Origin: Eledone cirrhosa
Lineage: Eukaryota
NCBI GenBank assembly: GCA_964016885.1
Contig: OZ024740.1
Span: 213,094,001-213,158,000 of the forward strand
DNA length: 64,000 nt
Direction of reading: 5' to 3'
In this document: positions 59,052-64,000 of the stretch, piece after piece
Position numbering within the stretch: the stretch's first letter is position 1
Layout: each line of letters starts with the position of its first letter
Program-made: the position numbers and the translations under genes
Notes under the pieces: model-generated
Database searches by the model: none
What the model was told of the DNA's origin: nothing
What the model saw: only the letters and a program-made list of their open reading frames with translations

Positions 59052-60811
59052 ATACTTTGGGAGGGTCATGTTGCCAATAAGAAACACACGCACCAGTTGC
59101 TTTCACTTCAATTTAATTTATTATATATTTATAAATTTACAAATTTATAAATTTCTGGTTGGTTGGTTGGTTCCACAACCAGATATATATAGTCATAGTT
59201 CTTTCGTCACACACTCTGTGACCTCTTCAGTGACTGGGGATTTCTTTCTTCGTTTCTGTGCCTTTCCTTTCTTCTATCCTACGCCATTTTGTTTGTGTGT
59301 GGGTTGCGTGCTCAGTTTGCGCATGCGCCACATCCAGGTGTCTGTGTGTGTTTGTGTTCATTTTTCTATTTTTCTATTTATATTTTTCTATTTGTTTGTT
59401 TATTTATTTATTTATTGTTGGTTGGTTGTTTGTTCTATGTGTGTGTGTGTTTTCATTTTGTCTTGTGTGTGTTTTCATTTTGTGTGTGTTTTCAATTGTA
59501 AGTTGTTTGTTCTATGTGTGTGTGTGTTTTCATTTTGTCCTTAATTGTAAGTTGTGATGTTGCTATTCCACTCATATTTTCTATTTAATTTTGGTTTTAA
59601 TTCTTTTATGCTTACTGCCTCTGTAATTTGCCTAAACATTGCGTCTTTCTTGTGTGTGGATTCTATTTTTATTTCTATGCTCTCTAATTTACCCCTGTGT
59701 TCTATCTTAGCATGTTGGTAGAGCACAGATGATTCTTTATTATCTTGGAGGTCTCGCCAGTGTTCATTTATTCGTTCCCCTATACTACGAGCTGTCTCAC
59801 CTATGTACACTATATTTTTGTTTCTACATTGTCCTTCAGTACATCTTATGCTATATACTACATTTCTAGTTTTACAGTTAATATGGGGGCTTATTTTACA
59901 GGTTATACATTTCTTATCTATACATGAGGGTCTTTGGAACGGGTATGTCTTGCTAATAAGTGTTTTTACGGAGGTACCAGGTCTTTCTACTATCTTAATA
60001 TTGAGATTATGTTTCTTTAGGGCCCTTCTAAATTTGTAGGCTAGTTCGCCTCTAGGGGTTGTATTGATGAACATTACACTCTGGTATTTATTGCTATCAT
60101 ACCATGAGTTTATTCTATTGGCCTTGTTCTTAGTTCTTTCTATTCTATTCCAAAATTTGCTCCTATACAAGGGGCAGGTCCCATTTATGTCATTATTTAC
60201 CATTTTTTCCCATTTGGTTCTGGCTCCTTTATACACTCTGATTCTATCTCTCTGATTGTAGCCAGAGAACTGCATACGGTGGATGAAGTGTTGTATGTGT
60301 CTCTCTAGTTCTTCGGGGTTGCACATGCGGGACACATTTCTCATCACCCGTACCAAATCCGCAATCAGTATGTTGATTTTGGTATGGTCCGAAATGGCCG
60401 AGTTTCGGTGGATCAGATGTTTGGAAGTCATGGGTTTGGCATAATGGGAATGGAGGATTTGTTTTTGGTTGTTAATTGTATCTAACCAGAGCTCTGTGTC
60501 TAGTACAGGTAATCGATGGTTGGGGTGTCTACTTGGGTAGTCTATAGTAACTCTAATGCTCTGGTGGATGGAGTTTTCTATTTGCTGGATGCTTTCCATT
60601 GTGTTTTTCTCTAGTTCCTGACTGTTCTTTAGTGGGGGTGTCTTAACTACGATGTTTATATCATCTACGTAGCGGGAGTACATTATCAGGGTTAGGCTGT
60701 CTTCTAATTGTTCATTAAGTTTTTGTTTAAGTCTACTGTCCCACCCTACCATGAATAAGTTAGCTATGTCGCCTGCAATGCTAACACCAATGGCTGCTCC
60801 TTCCTCTTGGG
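59045..60811 (-). mobile_element. Third Penelope-like element, 5'-truncated within RT
   Basis: ORF 59541-60811 intact: GAAIG..ANLFM, RYVDD, LPVLD, C..C..C, NVVYSIRC..YIGETARS..ER..EH..EA..LN; 3' region carries a hammerhead. Confidence 0.92.
59191..59235 (-). ncRNA. Minimal type I hammerhead in the PLE 3' region
   Basis: AGTCA-CTGAAGA-G-GTCACA(GAGTG)TGTGAC-GAAA-GAAC-TA-TGACT. Confidence 0.75.
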
Positions 60812-60889
60812 CATATATATACATATATGTATATATATATACATATATGTATATATATATATACATATATGTACATATATGTATATATA

Positions 60890-61836
60890 TTAGCCGCTAA
60901 AGGGTTCTCCCTAAAAATGAAAGGCAGGCTGTACGATGCCTGCATACGAACAGCAATGTTGCATGGCAGTGAGACCTGGGCATTGTGTGCAGAGGATATA
61001 CGCAGACTAGAGAGGAACGAAGCTTGCATGCTCCGCTGGATGTGTAATAGTAATATACGTGAACGGCAAAGCATAAACGAACTAAGGAAAAAATTAGAAA
61101 TAAGAGGGATCAGATGTTGTTTACTCGAGAGAAGGCTACGTTGGTATGGTCACGTGATGTGCATGAAAGACGACAGCTGTATAACAAAGTGCAGGGCAAT
61201 AAAGATAGATGGTAGCCACGGAGTAGGCAGACCCATGAAAACCTGGGACGAGCTGATAAATTCCAACCTCACACACTTACACCTCTCCAAGACAATGTCA
61301 CTGGACCGAGACCTTTGGCGGTACTCAGTAACAGAGAAGACCCGCCTCACATAAATACAAAGTAAAACCTACTAGTCAGTAGGCATCTCTAACAAAATAC
61401 ACCCCCGTCCCACCCCATCCACACCGCCCCCTTCAATGCAAAGTTATGTTGGTGCCACCACATCCAGGCTGAAACAAACGAGATCGTGTAGGTGTCATGA
61501 CAAAAAAACACACAGTCCACGCTGTAATGTGACTGTGTAGGCAACACGGTAAAAACCTCCCAGCCCCACACTGTAAATGTGGTTGGTGTTAGGAAGGGCA
61601 TCCAGCTGTAGAAAACACGCCAGACAGTCCACGCTGTAATGTGGCCGTGTAGGCAACACAGTAAAAACCTCCCAGACCCACACTGTAAATGTGGTTGGTG
61701 TTAGGAAGGGCATCCAGCTGTAGAAAACCCGCCAGACAGTCCTATGCGAGCAAGACAACCACTCTTGCCTCAAGTGGGAAAACCCCCGTCCAAACCCATG
61801 CAAGCGTGGAACAGGGACGTTAAACGATGATGATGA
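60890..61836 (+). mobile_element. RTE LINE 3' end (ORF to 61354) with 3' UTR and (GAT)n tail
   Basis: KGRLYDAC.R.AMLHGSETW..RRLRWYGHV..GRP.KTW; same family type as 37798-39348; UTR has a 117-bp internal duplication. Confidence 0.88.
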
Positions 61837-61882
61837 TATATATATATATGTATATGTATGTATATATATATGTATACATATA

Positions 61883-61917
<35 letters not shown>

Positions 61918-62049
61918 GTATATGTATATATATATATATCTATACATATGTATATATATGTTTACATATTTGTATATATGTATGTATATATATGTATATA
62001 TACATGTATGTATATGTGTATATATATATATATATGTATGTATGTATAC

Positions 62050-62080
<31 letters not shown>

Positions 62081-62106
62081 TATGTATGTATATATATATA
62101 TATATA

Positions 62107-62138
<32 letters not shown>

Positions 62139-62194
62139 AGTATGTATATATATAAGTATGTATATATATATATATGTGTATATATATATATATA

Positions 62195-62230
<36 letters not shown>

Positions 62231-63155
62231 CAGAGAGATTACAATAATCAAAGTTCAGTTTAAATCATTTATTTGCTTACAATTGTTTCCTCTAAACCGA
62301 GGTTTGGATTCTTCGGAGCAACTATTTAGTGATCTATAACATACTTGACCTCCTTTTCAACACAAGAGACATATAAAACATGCACATATTGACCCACAGT
62401 GGGATGACATCCATCAAAATGATATAGCATGGCAATTTACATATAAAGGTTAAAGGATAAAAATAAAGATAAAAATAAAAATGAAGCATTGGCAGTCTAT
62501 GAAGATAAAGCAAGAGGAAAGTTTAGAGTAGTCAGTGTATGGAAAAATCTCACGTGTAGCATGCACGCGTGTCTTATTTATACAGGATTAGAGTGCGTCA
62601 GATTGTTACTTGCAGGGTCAGGCAGTAGAAGCAGGCAATCGATATTATTATGTGGGCTGAATTATTAAATCATTTTTTCGCATGCACCTTAATTGTTTAA
62701 CATTCCCAAATGTAGAGAAACACCAAAATATCAAAAATATCAAACATATTATAAACCATATTATATCGTAGGCAAAACAGTACCACTGTCTTCGCGCACA
62801 CCACCACTCACATAATCCATGAGACGCAATATATAGAACACGGGTCTATCGTAGAATTCACGATGGTTCAGCATATAACCAAGTTATAAACCGTATCTTG
62901 TCGATTCTTAATTAATTAAGAATCGATTTGGGGGAAACAATTGTAAGCAAATAAATGATTTAAGCTGAACTTTGATTATTGTAATCTCTATATAACTGCT
63001 CTGTAAAACAACCGATGTTATTACATTGAGCTATTTATCTTACTGGTAATAAGATAGTAATTAATGACTATCTTTCACTATTTAGGGTTTGTATAAAAAA
63101 TATATAACCATAAAAGGTTTTATTACATACATAACCATAAATAGTATCCTTAATA
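62231..63155. mobile_element. PLE-like non-coding element with 57-bp inverted repeats and a CCGAAGA hammerhead variant (62273-62321, minus strand)
   Basis: 62234-62290 is the reverse complement of 62933-62989; sense TTGCT-CCGAAGA-ATCCAAAC(CTCG)GTTTAGAG-GAAA-CAATTG-TA-AGCAA; (TA)n flanks. Confidence 0.7.
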
Positions 63156-63240
63156 CTATATATATATATATATATGTGTGTGTATATATATATATATGTG
63201 TGTATGTATATATATATGTGTATGTATATATATATATGTG

Positions 63241-63278
<38 letters not shown>

Positions 63279-63309
63279 GTATGTATATATATATATGTAT
63301 ATATATATG

Positions 63310-63394
<85 letters not shown>

Positions 63395-63548
63395 ATGTAT
63401 ATATATATGTATGTATATATATGTGTGTATGTATATATATATATGTGTATGTATATATATATGTGTGTGTACGTATATATATATATGTGTACGTATATAT
63501 ATATGTGTATGTATATATATATATATATATATCTGCATGTATATATGA

Positions 63549-63582
<34 letters not shown>

Positions 63583-63682
63583 CGGGAGTACTCCAAAAAT
63601 GTATTCACACAAACAGCATTCTAATAAAAGTGTATACACTCTTGGGGTACATCCTCTCTCTCTCTCTATATATATATATATA

Positions 63683-63880
63683 TCATTGTTTAACATCCAT
63701 TTATCCACGCTAGCATGGTTAGACGGGTTATCTCGTTTGAGGCAAGTTGGGTCAGGTGATAGAGAACTGTTTCTGGCTTGATTTCTACTGCTAGATGCCT
63801 TTCCTAACACCAACCACATAGTGTGGGCTGGGCGTTTTTTGTTGTGACATTTACACAACCATTTTACAGTGTGGGCTGGA
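63683..63880 (-). mobile_element. RTE-tail/SINE repeat
   Basis: Same family as 42005-42225. Confidence 0.7.
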
Positions 63881-64000
63881 GGCTTCCCTGGATGTATGCT
63901 ACAGCCTGTCCTCATGAGAGGTGTATGGGAAGGTAGGGTGGGTTGGTGCATACTATATATCTATGCTTTAGCTTCAGCCTGTGCCTATGTTAAGGCGAGT

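Overview
Eukaryotic, very AT-rich, microsatellite-saturated animal DNA. The SINE/LINE repertoire and huge (TA)n/(CATA)n arrays suggest an octopus or other cephalopod (inference). The only host-gene signal is two + strand exons of a CDK4/6-type cyclin-dependent kinase (41262-41397 and 52289-52627). No upstream exon was found, so most of the window is probably intron. The rest is nested retroelements and DNA-transposon MITEs: a Tx1/L1 LINE, an R4/Dong RLE LINE, CR1-like, RTE and CRE LINE fragments, three unrelated Penelope-like elements (PLEs), bipartite RTE derivatives, two tRNA-SINE families, and Tc1/hAT/piggyBac-type MITEs. The most striking unannotated signal is about 9-10 separate loci with type I hammerhead ribozyme motifs (CUGANGA...GAAA...UH, short palindromic stem III). 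Most lie in short non-coding elements next to (TA)n, several built as an inverted fold-back plus a 1.3-1.5-mer tandem unit, i.e. retrozyme-like or non-autonomous PLE elements. Two of them carry a CCGANGA core variant. Nearly all long I/Y/C/V/H/T-rich ORFs in the track are microsatellite translations.
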